This document shows, one piece after another, positions 1 to 11,869 of a stretch of 64,000 nucleotides of DNA (its first letter is position 1; each line of letters starts with the position of its first letter). Source of the stretch: Blastocladiella emersonii ATCC 22665. Taxonomy: Eukaryota > Fungi > Blastocladiomycota. Position numbers and translations under genes: made by a program. Where the stretch lies: NCBI GenBank assembly GCA_025594325.1, contig JANHCV010000015.1, positions 868,001 to 932,000 of the forward strand. Reading direction: 5' to 3'. The notes beneath the pieces are model-generated. The model saw only the letters and a program-made list of their open reading frames with translations, had not been told where the DNA came from and did no database searches.

Positions 1-717
1 AGGGAAGCAGCTCAGTGTTGCAGTCCATGTTAGTGAGAAGGTTGCATTGCAAGAAGTGAGTGATGCGGGAGAAGGAGCGGGGAGGGGCGGTGGGTCGCCT
101 TTTAACCTCGATGGGCCGCGTTGAACAGTACAACTCGAGCGAGCCAGTGGACGTCGGCCACTTCCACCTTGTGGCGCTTCGGTTTCTCTAGTTTCTGTTC
201 TAGTCTTATTGGCCTCTCCTCGTCTCTGTACTTTTCTCTTGCAGGTTCCAACGGCTTCTGTCTCCACTTAGAGGTAAATTAAGCGATCGGAATCAAACTG
301 TTTTGCTTGTCGCGAGGAGAGGTGGAAATTTTGAGGGGGACCGCGTAGAGCGCGCGGTGATGGAAACTTTGATGTGATCAGTGGACGCTCGTCTCGTACT
401 AGGACCAGGGTGCAAAACCCGTCAAGGCGCGGTCGACCATCGCGCGGAGCGGTCGGGCCGCGGAGCTGGGCTCTGCAAGCCTTGTTTTGACTCGTCTGAG
501 AATAATATACTTTGCCTTGTCATTTGACGCGTGAATCTAGCGTGAGAGAATAATATCCGGCTTAATGGGGAATGTAGCGTATCCCGATGATGCCGATTTG
601 GTCACCTGATGTTCGGATGACCCTAGCAGCTCCCGCTCAGGCGTTCGACGACGAACATTCGAAGAAAGACTGTCCCGCTCTCGCTCTCGAGCTTTACCCA
701 TACTCCATGCAAAACAG

Positions 718-3700
718 ATGAAGAAAAAGTCCAAGACTACGGGCAAAGCGTCCCGCAGCGGCGGTTCTTCGTCCGCATCGCCTCTCCCGGCACCATCCTT
801 TACGCCGACGGTCTCGGGCCCCGTGCTTCTCAGCAACGACTTATCGGACCCGTACTATCCTTATGGCCAGTCCTTGCCTAGCGACCTGCTCTTGTACCAC
901 AATCCGCGCGACACGGATGAGCTCAACGTACTCGCTCTCCAGTGCGCCACTCTGCGCGACGTTGCGCATACGGTCGGCGAGGCCAAGCGCAAGTACGGCA
1001 CCGCGGACTTGAACTTTGTGCTGAGCAACACGCACCCCGAGGTCCTTGCGCGCGACTTGTTGGTGCTTCACGCGATTTCGAGCGGCAAATTTGCAGACGG
1101 TCGCGCTTCACCGCTGTTCATTGGCCAGCTCTACTTTTCGCTCCGACTCGATGTCGAGGCCCGCGCCTTCTGGGACAACCAAATGCGTTCCTGCCTCGCC
1201 GTCAACTGGAACCGCTCGACGGCCCGTATTCGTGTCACTGACGAGGCGACGCTTCGCGCGGTTCGTCGCTGCTGGGACTCGTGGCTCGCTTGCGATTTGA
1301 CGGTTGAGCAACTCTATGCAGACCGCGAAACGTACTACACAGGCGTGCGAAGTCCTACCGAATCCCGCAGCCATGCTCAGGTCGCTGTTGAACGGTATAC
1401 ACTCAACACCTTTGGTGCTGCTGAAAGGGCGGACCGGCTGCTTGCGGGCGATGCCTCCAACATTCAAGAAGGTTTGAAATTCTTCGTCACTGACGGCACA
1501 TGGTCAGCGAAGGCGGGAGGGACGGGGGATGGAAGTCATTCGACCTCTACCGTCAACGCGACCATGCTCCTTGTTTGCCCTGACGGCTCGCTTCGGTTTG
1601 CATCGCCATTCGGCCACTCGGTCTTGGACGTTGTCGATTTTCTCACCCCTCTCTTCAACGAGGAGGCTTTCAACGCAGTGGAGCAAGCTGGTGCTGCCCT
1701 CCTAGCCACGCTTGTGCCCGTTTTTGGTCCCGGGAGCGAGACGCGACGTACGGGCAAGTATCCACTCGTCACGGAGTGGGACAAGTCGGACGTGCTCCCG
1801 CTCTTCCAGGTCCGCATTGCTTTCTGCGCGGGCAACCAGCTCGCGGTGATGGAGTCGCTGGTTTCGCGCGAGCAGCGATTCCACGCCATCCACACGGGCT
1901 CGACCATGGAGACATGCGGGCTGCTCAACCTCCTTGTCCACGCTTCGCCGCTCCTTGCCAACAACGACGAAAATGTGCGCTCAGTCATTTACACCGCAAC
2001 GTACAATGCTCCTTCAGTAGCACCGAATCGCGACGAGTTCGTTTGTCGTGCCACTGGGCTTCCACTGGAAGCAATCCCAACGCTTCTGGGCGTGACTTAC
2101 TTGGAGCGCGCTACGGGCGACGACTGGGCGGCGCAGGTGTTGCGTCTTGTACCCAACTTGGCGAAACGGCACGACGGTGGGATCTGTGAGGCGTTCACCT
2201 TCGTCAAGCTTGATTTTCCGAGCGTGCCCATTGCACTCAAGGAATCGCCGTTCCTCCTCGAAACGTTAATCCACTGTGCCGAACAGTTGCGCGAGACGTT
2301 GTCCGTTACATCCAATCTGACCCTTGGTACGTCCCTTGCGCAGGCTAGATCACGGCTAGACACACTGTGGTAGCGCTGACGGTCTCCTACTTGCGCTATC
2401 TCCACATGTAGCATCCTCGAGTTCGATTGGCGCGTTGCTGGCCAAGCTCCTCGGATTTGCGTTCGCGGCTGGTCGTATTTCGTGGACTGGATCGGCCGCC
2501 GTTGACCGGCCTCATTGGCCAGACATGTGCGATTTGTGGATAGCGCTCAGAAGTGACCCGCTTCTGGCTTTGACAATCTCCGAAACTCTTGCTCACGTTC
2601 AACTCTACGGCTTTCCTGTGGATGCAGACAAGTCGCGGATCGACGACCTGTACCTGTACCTCGTCGAGGGCACTTACGAGCTGCCGAGCGACTTGTCCGA
2701 TGCGCCGCTCTTGGTCACGCTTGAGATTGACGACGGCTCGCTTGTGCACGAATTTCGGAGCCTGCGCATCACTCGAATCGACGCGGGTCAGGCTCTGCGA
2801 GTAGCAGCATACGCTCCGCGCCAGCTTGTTTAATCTTGCACCCACCTACAGCCTCGCGTACGACTTGAACGCGTCTTAACTGGCTCTTCGCTGGATGATT
2901 CCCAGGCGGGTACAACCCAGCTTTCACTTTCTTCCATCGACTTGACTCGGGTCCCGTTTGGCTCACTCTCTTGTACGTTCGACCAGGCCGTGGTCTACTC
3001 CGAGGCACATCGGTTCACTCCCTCATCGACGAGCAGTCTTACCTTTCAAAAACGCCCAATCCTCCCTGTCGTTGGTGTGACCGAAGACGCTGCATCAATC
3101 CAGCTCGTCCTTACGCTCCCGCAAGACAAGCTGCTCGCAGTGGTCAAACCGCGACCAGCGGCTGATCGCTTTGCCATAACCGGTGCTGTCGACCTGCTTG
3201 TTAGTGGGATCCCGCAAGCTTACCGACTCTCGAGTCAGGTTGAGGCACTGACCATCACAACGCAGCGCAACCTCCGCCGCGTGACCGTGACGGCATCACG
3301 TCAGATGTCGTTGGGAGCGAACAGGCTTGCCAAGTCCTCGCACATTCCCAACCTTCCTGACTGCTCGCACGTGTCATCTGATGCCGCACACACCTTTTGG
3401 TGCAATGTCGCTCTCGAGAATGTGCACTCGGTCGTACAGCCAGACGAAAGCATTTGCCTCCAAGCGTCGTCGCAGATCCAAACGGTTCCATCCGCTGAGG
3501 AACGAATGAAATTCTTGGCGTACATGGCAGCGCGGCTCTTGCGTGCCGCAGCGGCACAAGTCCGATTGGTCGAGATTGCTTGGGACGGCAGCGAGGACGA
3601 CCTTGCGATCCTGCTACTGAATCGCGTCTTTGTGATTCCAGCTCACCGACCCGACTGCGCACCCACACCCGTCCTTGATGCGACTCTTCTTCCTAGCCCT

Positions 3701-4079
3701 GTACATGCCGAAGCTTGGGGATTAGTACCCCCCGAGATGAACCCTCTCATAGCGAAGGCGTACTTGCCCTTTATGTCCCACTCGCTCGCCACCGCGGAAA
3801 CGCAGAAATTGCGCATCAGCATCCCGTTCAAATTCGCGCAATGTTTCATCAGTTGGGTCTCTCTGAGCATCGGGTCCGTGCCACCAGTCACTAGTTTGGA
3901 CAGCACCGGTTTGAATCGCGAGCGCTTTGAATCTATCAGGGATGTGCTCCATCGCTGTTTTTTGCTCCCCTTCTACACGTCAGATGCCGCCAGATGCCGC
4001 CAGTTCAATTGGAGCCGCCGGCGACGAGGAACTAGACATTGGGATCGCGGACGAGCGGATCATCGAACTCGACTGCTAG
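718..4079 (+). CDS. DUF4470-domain protein (spliced, about 4 exons)
   Basis: N-terminal 'YYPYGQSLPSDLL…LNVLALQCATLRDV…LNFVLSNTHPEVLARDLLVL' resembles the DUF4470 signature. ORFs 718-2373, 2435-2833 and 2942-4390 join in frame via introns 2327-2411 (GTACGT…TAG) and probably 2801-2851. A likely last exon ends 'DEELDIGIADERIIELDC*' at 4079; its splice sites are uncertain. Confidence 0.65.
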
Positions 4080-4193
4080 CAGTGCCGTCGACCCGCTCCA
4101 CTTCTGATTGCCGCGAACACGCTTTCCAGGAGAGCGGCAGTGTGCGAGAGGATGAATTGTTTTGCTTCATTATAAATTGTTTTACATTTGATT

Positions 4194-4958
4194 TTACTGG
4201 GGAATGTACACGCCCGCACGACGAAACCAACGGAAATTCCCGAGCTGAGCAGCGCGGTCAGGAACAGTGCAAGTCGGCCCGTGACCCTGAACGAGGGATG
4301 AGCGTGGCCACCGCCGCCGCCGAGTCGCGGGTCGACGTCGCGTGTATTGAGAGTCGTGGACGCACGTGCGTCGAGTCTTGGCCGAGGTAACGGAGATGTA
4401 GTTTTGGTCTAGTAGTTGTTTAGCGCCGCCGTAGTAGTAGAGTGGCGGAAGTCGAGCGGGAAGTGTTGCTTCTGTACAAACGGATGTCGCGAGGTCAGTT
4501 GCGTGTCGCCTGTCGCGGACGCATAATGGGAGAGGACGTACCAAAGTTGAGAGTCGTCGAGTCTAAAGTAGTGGTACATGTCGTTCTTGAGTCGTCAATG
4601 TTGGTTCCGTGTAGTTTTCCGGGCGTTGTTGTCGCTGGCGCCGTGGTCTTGGTGCCGCAGAAGTCAATGTAGTCGTAGTTGAGGCGGTAGAGGAAGTCGC
4701 CTGCGTTCTTAAAGTCGACGATCAGAGTCGTTGATGTCGATGGCCGGGTCAAAGTACAGTCGGTACCTGCGCGAACGAAGAGTCAGCTTCCGGCCGTCCA
4801 TCAGACGCGGAAATGCGACGTGCGTACCGATCCCAGCCGCGTCGTTGATGAAGTCGAGAATGTCGAGAATGTGCTGTAGTGTCGCAGCAGAGTAGTCGTA
4901 GATGGGGCTCGCGGGATGGACCGCGAGCACGAGTCGCGGGTGTGACCGCGCGCGTCAT
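4194..4958 (-). pseudogene. Decayed intron-containing gene of unknown function
   Basis: Canonical introns 4827-4767 (GTACGC…CAG) and 4541-4472 (GTACGT…CAG) join three short ORFs in frame. The nearest ATG (4958) is one base out of frame and the 3' part appears frameshifted. Confidence 0.4.
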
Positions 4959-5149
4959 GAGCAGTTGCGGAGCGAGGCAAAGTCGATGTCGGTGTAGGTT
5001 TTCGGATGATGGTGGGAGTGCGGGTAGCAAAGAAATGTAGTTGGTCGAGAAACCTACAAGCACGAAGTCGCGACGTCAGTGAGCTGCTTCTGAGGGGGAG
5101 CGGCGAGCGAGGCGCGTACCGTTGATGTTGGCGACGGGTCGAGATACGA

Positions 5150-7218
5150 TCAGCGGGCGAGGTCGGAGGCGACCACAATGTCCCACTCGAGCACGTCCTT
5201 CTCGACGCGCACGTACTCGCCATCGTCATTCGGGCTCGAGTCAAAGGAGGCGGGCGGAGACGACGGGTGCGTGACGGCGGCCGCGGCCGCGGCGATGGCG
5301 GGCATCTCGATCGCCGCCTTCTTGACGGTCTGCTTGCCCTTGCCCTTGCCGATTGTGCGGGCCGACGGCGAAGACGAGGACGGGAGCGAGGAGCCGGCCT
5401 CGTGCGCGGGGGCCAGCGTCGGCAGCAGGCGGTGGTGGGCGGCGGACGCCTTGGCGAGGACGGTTGGCCTCGCGTTGGCGCCGCCCGTCTTGCGCAACTG
5501 GCCGCGCTTGCCGCTGTAGTAGCTGCACTCCTCGTCATCGTCGTCTTCCTCGTCGCTCGAGAAGCAGAGCGCCTCGGCCTCGCACATGTCGAGGAAGAGC
5601 GACACGTTGTTCGGGACGTAGTCGCGCTCGTTCATGCGGATGGCGGCAAACTTGGGCTGGATCGTGAGGTAGGGCGAGACGGTGTTCGGGGTGGAGGGGC
5701 GCGCGACAGCGACGGGAGCGTGGACAAGGAGCTCGGGCTGGGTCGACAAGCAGACCGGCGACGTCATGTCGGTCTCGGGAGCCACCGCGAGAACGGGAAC
5801 AGGCGCCGGCTGGTAGCCGCATTCGGCGGCGACGACGACGGCGGTCGGCTCGATCAGCTGAACGGGCCGCGGCGGGGACGGCGAGAGCAGCGGGACGAGG
5901 GAGGGCGAGCTGGACGACGCGGTGGCGTTCGTCGTGGTGGTAGCAGTAGCGGTGACGATCGTGGCGGTACGCTCGACGTCGACAAACGAGTCGAGCTTGC
6001 CGACGGGGACCGTCTCGAGCTCGGTGGCGGAGGCGGCGGCCTTCACGGTCACCGGCTCGGCGGCAGACGAGTAGCTGATGGTCTCGCTCTCAGCGGCGAC
6101 CGGCATCGCGGCGAGCGAGTCGTGGATAATTTCGACCTTGGCAACGATCGAGCCGTTCATGGCGGTCGGCTTGACGGCGGGCGAGAAGTGGATCGTGTCG
6201 ATCTTGACGTCGGACGAACCGTGCACGGCAGCCGGCGCTGCAGCGGGCGAGTAGCAGGGCATGGTATCGATCTTGACGGAGACCGAGCCAATTACGGCGG
6301 CCGGCTTGGCTGCGATCGAGCCGATCGCGGGGACGGCCTTGTTGGTGATGATGTTGTTGCGCGAGAAGTAGTAGGCGCACATGCGGGTGACGCGCGAGTC
6401 GGCGGCCCCCGCGGCGCGGAGCACGAGCACGGCGGCAAAGTAGACGAGGAGGGCCTGGCTGGCAATGATGGCGATGACGAGCAGACCGACGGCGAGTTTT
6501 GGTCCGTAGACGGCAGCGAATCGGAAGGCGGCAGGCCGGCCGGCAGCGGCGGCATGAACAGGTCGGCCCATGATCTTGTCTGCGTTGCATGGTGTGTGAG
6601 TACAAGGCCGGGTGTGGGTCAGAGGAAGAGAAGAGGTGAGGAGAGGAGAAGAGAGGTGGGCGGAAGGCTGACGCGACGCGTGCAGCGTCCACATGCGGAG
6701 TGTCTCCCGCGTGAGACGCGTCGGACGCGACGCGTCTCGCAGAGCGCTACTTCGGGCACCCCGCACGACGGGACCACCACACAGGACAGAATGCGAACGC
6801 GGTCGCGTCGGCGAGGGCAAGGATCAGGTGATAATGGTGCGCAGTGTAACGTACCGAAGAGCGCCGAGAGGACGGTCCGGGCGCAGTGCCGGCGAAAGTG
6901 CGCGTAGCCATCATGGCCGCGGTACTCGGTATCGTGGTCGAGGAGAGGGCGGAGGAAGGGGAGGCACTGGTGGTGCTCGTTGCAGGGAGTTGCGGCGGGA
7001 AGCGGGCGGATGTCGGCAAAGGTGGAGGTGGGCAGCTCACCCACGGGCGCCGACGTGGCGTGCATGGCGAGGAGGTGGCCGGCGGTGCGCGAGCCGTCCA
7101 TGGCGAAGTAGACGAACAGGGCGAGGCCCCACGTCAGAAAGAGCAGGACGAGGCGGTTCATGTTGGCGGCGGTCGGTTGGTCGCGACGGAGGTTGTTCAG
7201 TTGCTGTTGGGCGGGCAT
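5150..7218 (-). CDS. Hypothetical membrane protein with low-complexity Ala/Pro/Thr/Ser tail (2 exons)
   Basis: Exon 1 (hydrophobic RLVLLFLTWGLALFVYFAM) splices at GTACGT (~6854) to CAG (~6581), giving 'LF-DKIMGRP' in frame with the 556-aa ORF. A second hydrophobic segment reads LAVGLLVIAIIASQALLVYFAAVLVL. Confidence 0.6.
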
Positions 7219-8270
7219 GGAGGACTGGAGTCCGGGTATGGATTTCATGGGCTAACGACGAGGATAGCACGAGGCGAAGAGAGAGGAGAAGGTTGCGAGG
7301 CCGGCGTGCGTTTTTGCGGGGGCGTGCGGGCAGCAGCAGCAGCACGGGGCCTCCGCACCGCGGGGCGGCGAGCTGGCCACGGTATCGCGAGGTGGCCGCG
7401 AAACAAGCACCTTGCGAGCACCGTTGCCCGGCGCGACGCGACGCGTCGCCGTGTCTCGCGACCGCGGGAGGCAGCGGCAGCGGCACGTGGCAGACGCGAG
7501 ACGCGCGAGACGCGTCGAGAAATCACGCTTGGTCGCGTGCCCCGACCTCGGGGTATCGCGCGCCGGACACACACTCACCTCGCCGCCCGTGGCATACAAG
7601 CTCTGACGATAGTTTCGGACGCAAACTAGCTGGGAATGCGCGGCGGAGGTCAGTCAGTCGCGCGTGTAGCTGCCTACTGAAGGGTCGTAACTAGTGGCAT
7701 GAGGAGCAGCCGATATGGCACATCCGATATGGCACAGCTTCGTGTTGACTGGGATACTTCAAAAGCACCAGGTTGCCGAGCTGCGGATGGTCGCCGCTGG
7801 CTGAGGTATTGAAGCACCGCCACAGACGGACCCGTTCGACGCGTCGAGATCCGAGCCCGGTCCTCGTCAACTCCGTCCTCGCTCACCGTCCACCCTCGCT
7901 TCGCACTAGCGTGGCGACCATCCAGTTCTCAATTCCATGCGCTTTCCTTCTTGACTTTGGCTTCAATATGATACATTGAATGGGACTGGGACGCTATAGA
8001 GAGCGGACGCACTCGTGGTCACCTCCAGCGCCGTAGCCCTGTTTTCCCTCCCGAGGCGCGAGCACGCGTTGCCCACTTCTCTCGGGGGCAGCTAGGAGAG
8101 CAACTTGCGCCGAGTAACAAGTTGGCGAGCCGCAAACAAAGAGCAACGGCTCGCAAAACGCGTCGACGCGTCGCGTTTCACGCACACGTGGGCATGGCAG
8201 CTGCTCGAGTCGGACCGGTCGCCGCCGATCGCCGCTGGCTCTCCCTGCACAGCCTCCCGAAAGCTCACGC

Positions 8271-9854
8271 ATGCACCAAATGGAAAATAACTTGATGCAA
8301 CCGAATGAAATACGGGTGCTGCCGCTCGAGCTCGTGAAGAGCACCCTCGTTTTTGCTGTGTGAATGACCGACCCGCTGGACCCGGCCCTCGGCACTTACT
8401 CGCGCGTTCTTCCCCGCGAGGCGGCTCCACGCGTTTTCCGAGCCGTTCTTCAGCATGTGTTGACCGGAGACGCCATTGAGCGAGCATGTGAGCGCGGGTC
8501 CCTCCATGTGCTTCGGTTGGCGAAACTAAACGGCGGCTTTGGCAAGCACAACCTGTTCAAGCTGCTGCTCTCTGCGCGAGAGCACTCTCAGCTCCGCCTC
8601 ATCGATTGCTTTCGTGATGAGAGCGGAATTAATCTTTCTCGAGCTCGCATCCCTGACGACTGCAAGGCGCTGCTGAGCTCGTGCGTTGTGGTACGTACAC
8701 AGCGATGCTTGGGAGAGCTTTGCGCTCACGCTGTGCTGAGTGCCGATACGACCCAGTGTCTGGGGCGTCTCAGGCCCCTGGCGACAAACGAGCCGAGCAG
8801 GAAGTCCACTCAATCGCGTCAGGGCGTACAAAAGATCTCAGACTTGACGGCTGGCGGCTCACCGAAAACGGGGCCGATACGCTTCGCGCTGCGTTCACGA
8901 GCCAGAACCAAGTAGTCACCAAGGTCTCGTTAAGCAAATCGGCGTTCACGGCGGAAATTGTTGCACACATGGGACTTCCTAGCACGCTTCGTGAACTCTA
9001 TCTCGCCTTTAACCCACTGGCTCACTGCAGCCAGAGCGTCCTTGGCAAATGGCTTCCTGACTCGATTGAGGTCTTGAACCTCAGCAACTGTTACTTCAAT
9101 GCGCCTGGCAAGTCGGAGTTTCTCTGCTACCTTCCTAGTTCACTCAAGATTTTACGAATCGAAAACGGACGCAACGTGGGTGAGCACTCTTCGGGATACG
9201 GAGGTTACGGAAAACTGGGTCGCGAGCCACTCGCCAATCTCACGCGAGGAATTCCACCAGGACTCGAGACGTTGGAGCTCTCCAACGTCGATTGGGACGA
9301 GGTATCGGTACGCACGCTAATGTCCGCTCTCCCACCATCATTGCATTCTCTCGACTTTGGCCGTGATCCTTGGTTTGATCCTGATCCGCTCTCAATCACC
9401 GTGACCATTATCACCAACCTTTCCGCGGGACTTCGTTCCCTGACCTTTTTCAACTTTGGGTTTGGTCCCGAGGGTGCCGAGTGCCTCGCCGCACACATGC
9501 CGCCGCACCTCGAGTACCTTAATCTCGACTACAATCGGATTGGACAACGAGGCCTTCTAGCTCTCGTTGCCGTGCTTCCACCGACCATTCAATATCTCGC
9601 AGACCGTTGCGTTTGCTGCCCAGCTTCCTCCGCGGCCCACCGACCCGGCCCAACCCAATGAAGCGGTGTCGGGCCGGTTCCCAGACTCGCTCACGGCCCT
9701 GTTGCTCGCTGACAACGACTTTAGCATGGAGGGTGCGCGTGCTTTGATCCCGAAGCTACCTCGAACTCTTGAGCGAATGTCCGCGGAGGTGTCTTCCAGA
9801 AGCAGCGCGTACTGGACACTCATCCGCCGCTCTGGATTTGATCATTTAAACTGA
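8271..9854 (+). pseudogene. F-box-like/ankyrin-like/RNI-type LRR family copy 1 (nonsense codon plus frameshift)
   Basis: MHQMENNL…LPLELVKSTLVFAV*(TGA 8361-8363) continues in frame into MTDPLDP…AIERACERGSLHVL. An intron lies at ~8691-8772, followed by LP-x-x-L-x-x-L-x-L LRRs. The frame changes near 9600 with no intron. Confidence 0.7.
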
Positions 9855-10457
9855 TAGTGTTGATGGGCGACGAAAGTATACGCGTTATGATTCACTATTT
9901 GGCGATCAATGTGACGCCTCGCCCTTGGCGCGGTCGCTAAGGTCCTGGTCATCGATCCGCGAGGATGCCGCGCTTGGTCCAAGACCCGCCGCCATGCGCG
10001 CCACCTTGGGACGAGCGCGCCAGCGGGCACCGACCTCTGGCCAGCACGCGTCTTTCAACATGGTCACCGTTGTCTCGAATGTGCCAGCCTCGATCAACGA
10101 CTCCTCAACCTGCTCAGCAGTACGAGGGGTTTCAGCGCGCGCACGCGGACCTTCACCAGTTGCCACGGGAACGATGACGGATACACGCAGGTTGCTGTGC
10201 CTCAGTGGCCGCAAGTCGCGTCCTCGAGAGGTGTTCAAGGTCCGGCGCAGACTCGGGCGCGGAAGTATGCGCCAGAATATCTCTCCATTGCGAACGTGCG
10301 CGACATCCTTGAGCTTTTGCCATGGCAATCAACTTGATCGCGCAAGGTGAGGGAAATCCGCGTCGACCGAGCCACGCGTTGCAAAGCTGCACGCCACCTT
10401 GGTCGCGCGGCAGCCGCCGCCGCTTCTCCCTCAGCAGCGACTTCCGAGAGCTCACTC

Positions 10458-11471
10458 ATGGGTCGAATGAACAATAACTTGATGCAAACGAATAAAAAAC
10501 GCAAACCTTGGCTTAATCCGGTGTGAGTCGTCCTCGTCAACGCTGTGCGAGTTTTTTTTTCGGACTCGTTCGATCCGGCCTGCTTGACCTGCTTGCGTGA
10601 CATGCCCCTTGAAGCCACTCATCGCAGCTTCCTAACTCTCATGTCTCAGCCAAACAAAACCTTTGGGCGTGCCTGTAAACGGGTCTGCATTCGTCGCTTG
10701 ACGGTTGAGACGTATCCCAGTTCCTCGTTTCGGCTCAAGAACACATCCAGATTCGCGCTCTCGAGTTGTTTTCGCGGCAATAGCGGGATTGAGCCGAACC
10801 TTACTTGCGAGTTGTTTCGTTCCAGCTGCCAAGACGTGACTGGCAAGTGGTATCCTGCCCCGAACGAGGTCCTCAAACTACTTAACTCTGAAGCTCCTTC
10901 TTGGACGCGCCTAGCTACTCACCACCTGTCTGGTATCGCCACGTTTCGCTCAAGACCGGACGTATAAATGTTGGTCGCAACACGATCGAGCCAGCTTGCT
11001 GTCCCAAGAAACTTGAGGGCGAGCCGCTCGCGGGATCCCGCCAACGCTTCAGACGCTCGAGCTTTCGAAGTTCGGCTGGACGAAGGTTTCGGTGGATACT
11101 CTTCTTGTTGCACTATCACCAGCGTTGCAATCGATAATCGTCAATTGTCTGGATTCGCTCGCTTCGGACTCGCCCGCCGCTGCGAGTTACATCGCCACAG
11201 ACGTCCAAGCGGAACTTGGCTCGCCGTACATTCAAAACCTGGGACTCGGTCCAGCTTATTCCGACGAGCTCGCTCGCTGCACATCTGCCGCCCTCCCTCG
11301 TACACCTCGACCTTGATGACAACCAGGTCGACCGTCGTAGATTCCTTGCCCTTGTCCCCGCGCTTATGGAATCATTCCAGCATCTCCCGCTCGTGGGTAC
11401 GATCTTCAGGACGTGTGGTTGCCGAGGTTGCTGAGCTACTTCCGTTGAAGTCAACCGGCGCGGCTGTTTAG
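10458..11471 (+). pseudogene. LRR family copy 2, heavily decayed tandem paralog
   Basis: The 5' sequence aligns with copy 1 (…ataacttgatgcaa.cgaat.aaa.acg), with an in-frame TGA and several frameshifts. The fragment LAAHLPPSLVHLDLDDNQV matches copy 1 LAAHMPPHLEYLNLDYNRI. Confidence 0.65.
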
Positions 11472-11869
11472 GCGAGCTTACCGTTTTCCTACACTCGCAG
11501 CAACCCTTTGGCATGGACAGTGTAGCCAATTAGGACCCCGCAGATGCCTCGATGACCCAATTATCGCGATTTGTTGATGGTTGCACCCCCTGCGGTCGGA
11601 CTCAGGTGAGCAACGCGTAGGGTTGATCTTGACCATGATCTTGCGTGATGGCCGCTTTGACGTGCCTGCTTCACACGCGACTCTTCCTTCTCGCTGGACG
11701 CCTTCGATCAAATTGTGCCCAAACATGAGGCCGGCGCAACTCAAGCTGACGTGTCGCGCCGAGAACGTAGTCACGAACAACGGGCTATATTATACACACG
11801 GTTTCCATTGCTGATCTGCCCACTCTCGCGCCTGCGTATCCGCGCCACGGCGGCCCTGCTCGCCGCTGC

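Noticed and set aside
5267-6907. 546-aa + strand ORF
   Set aside because: It is the antisense shadow of the minus-strand membrane protein, Arg/Gly-rich with no motifs.
9906-10328. 140-aa minus-strand ORF between LRR copies 1 and 2 (also 11478-11780)
   Set aside because: No recognisable domain, start context or splice support; left unannotated.
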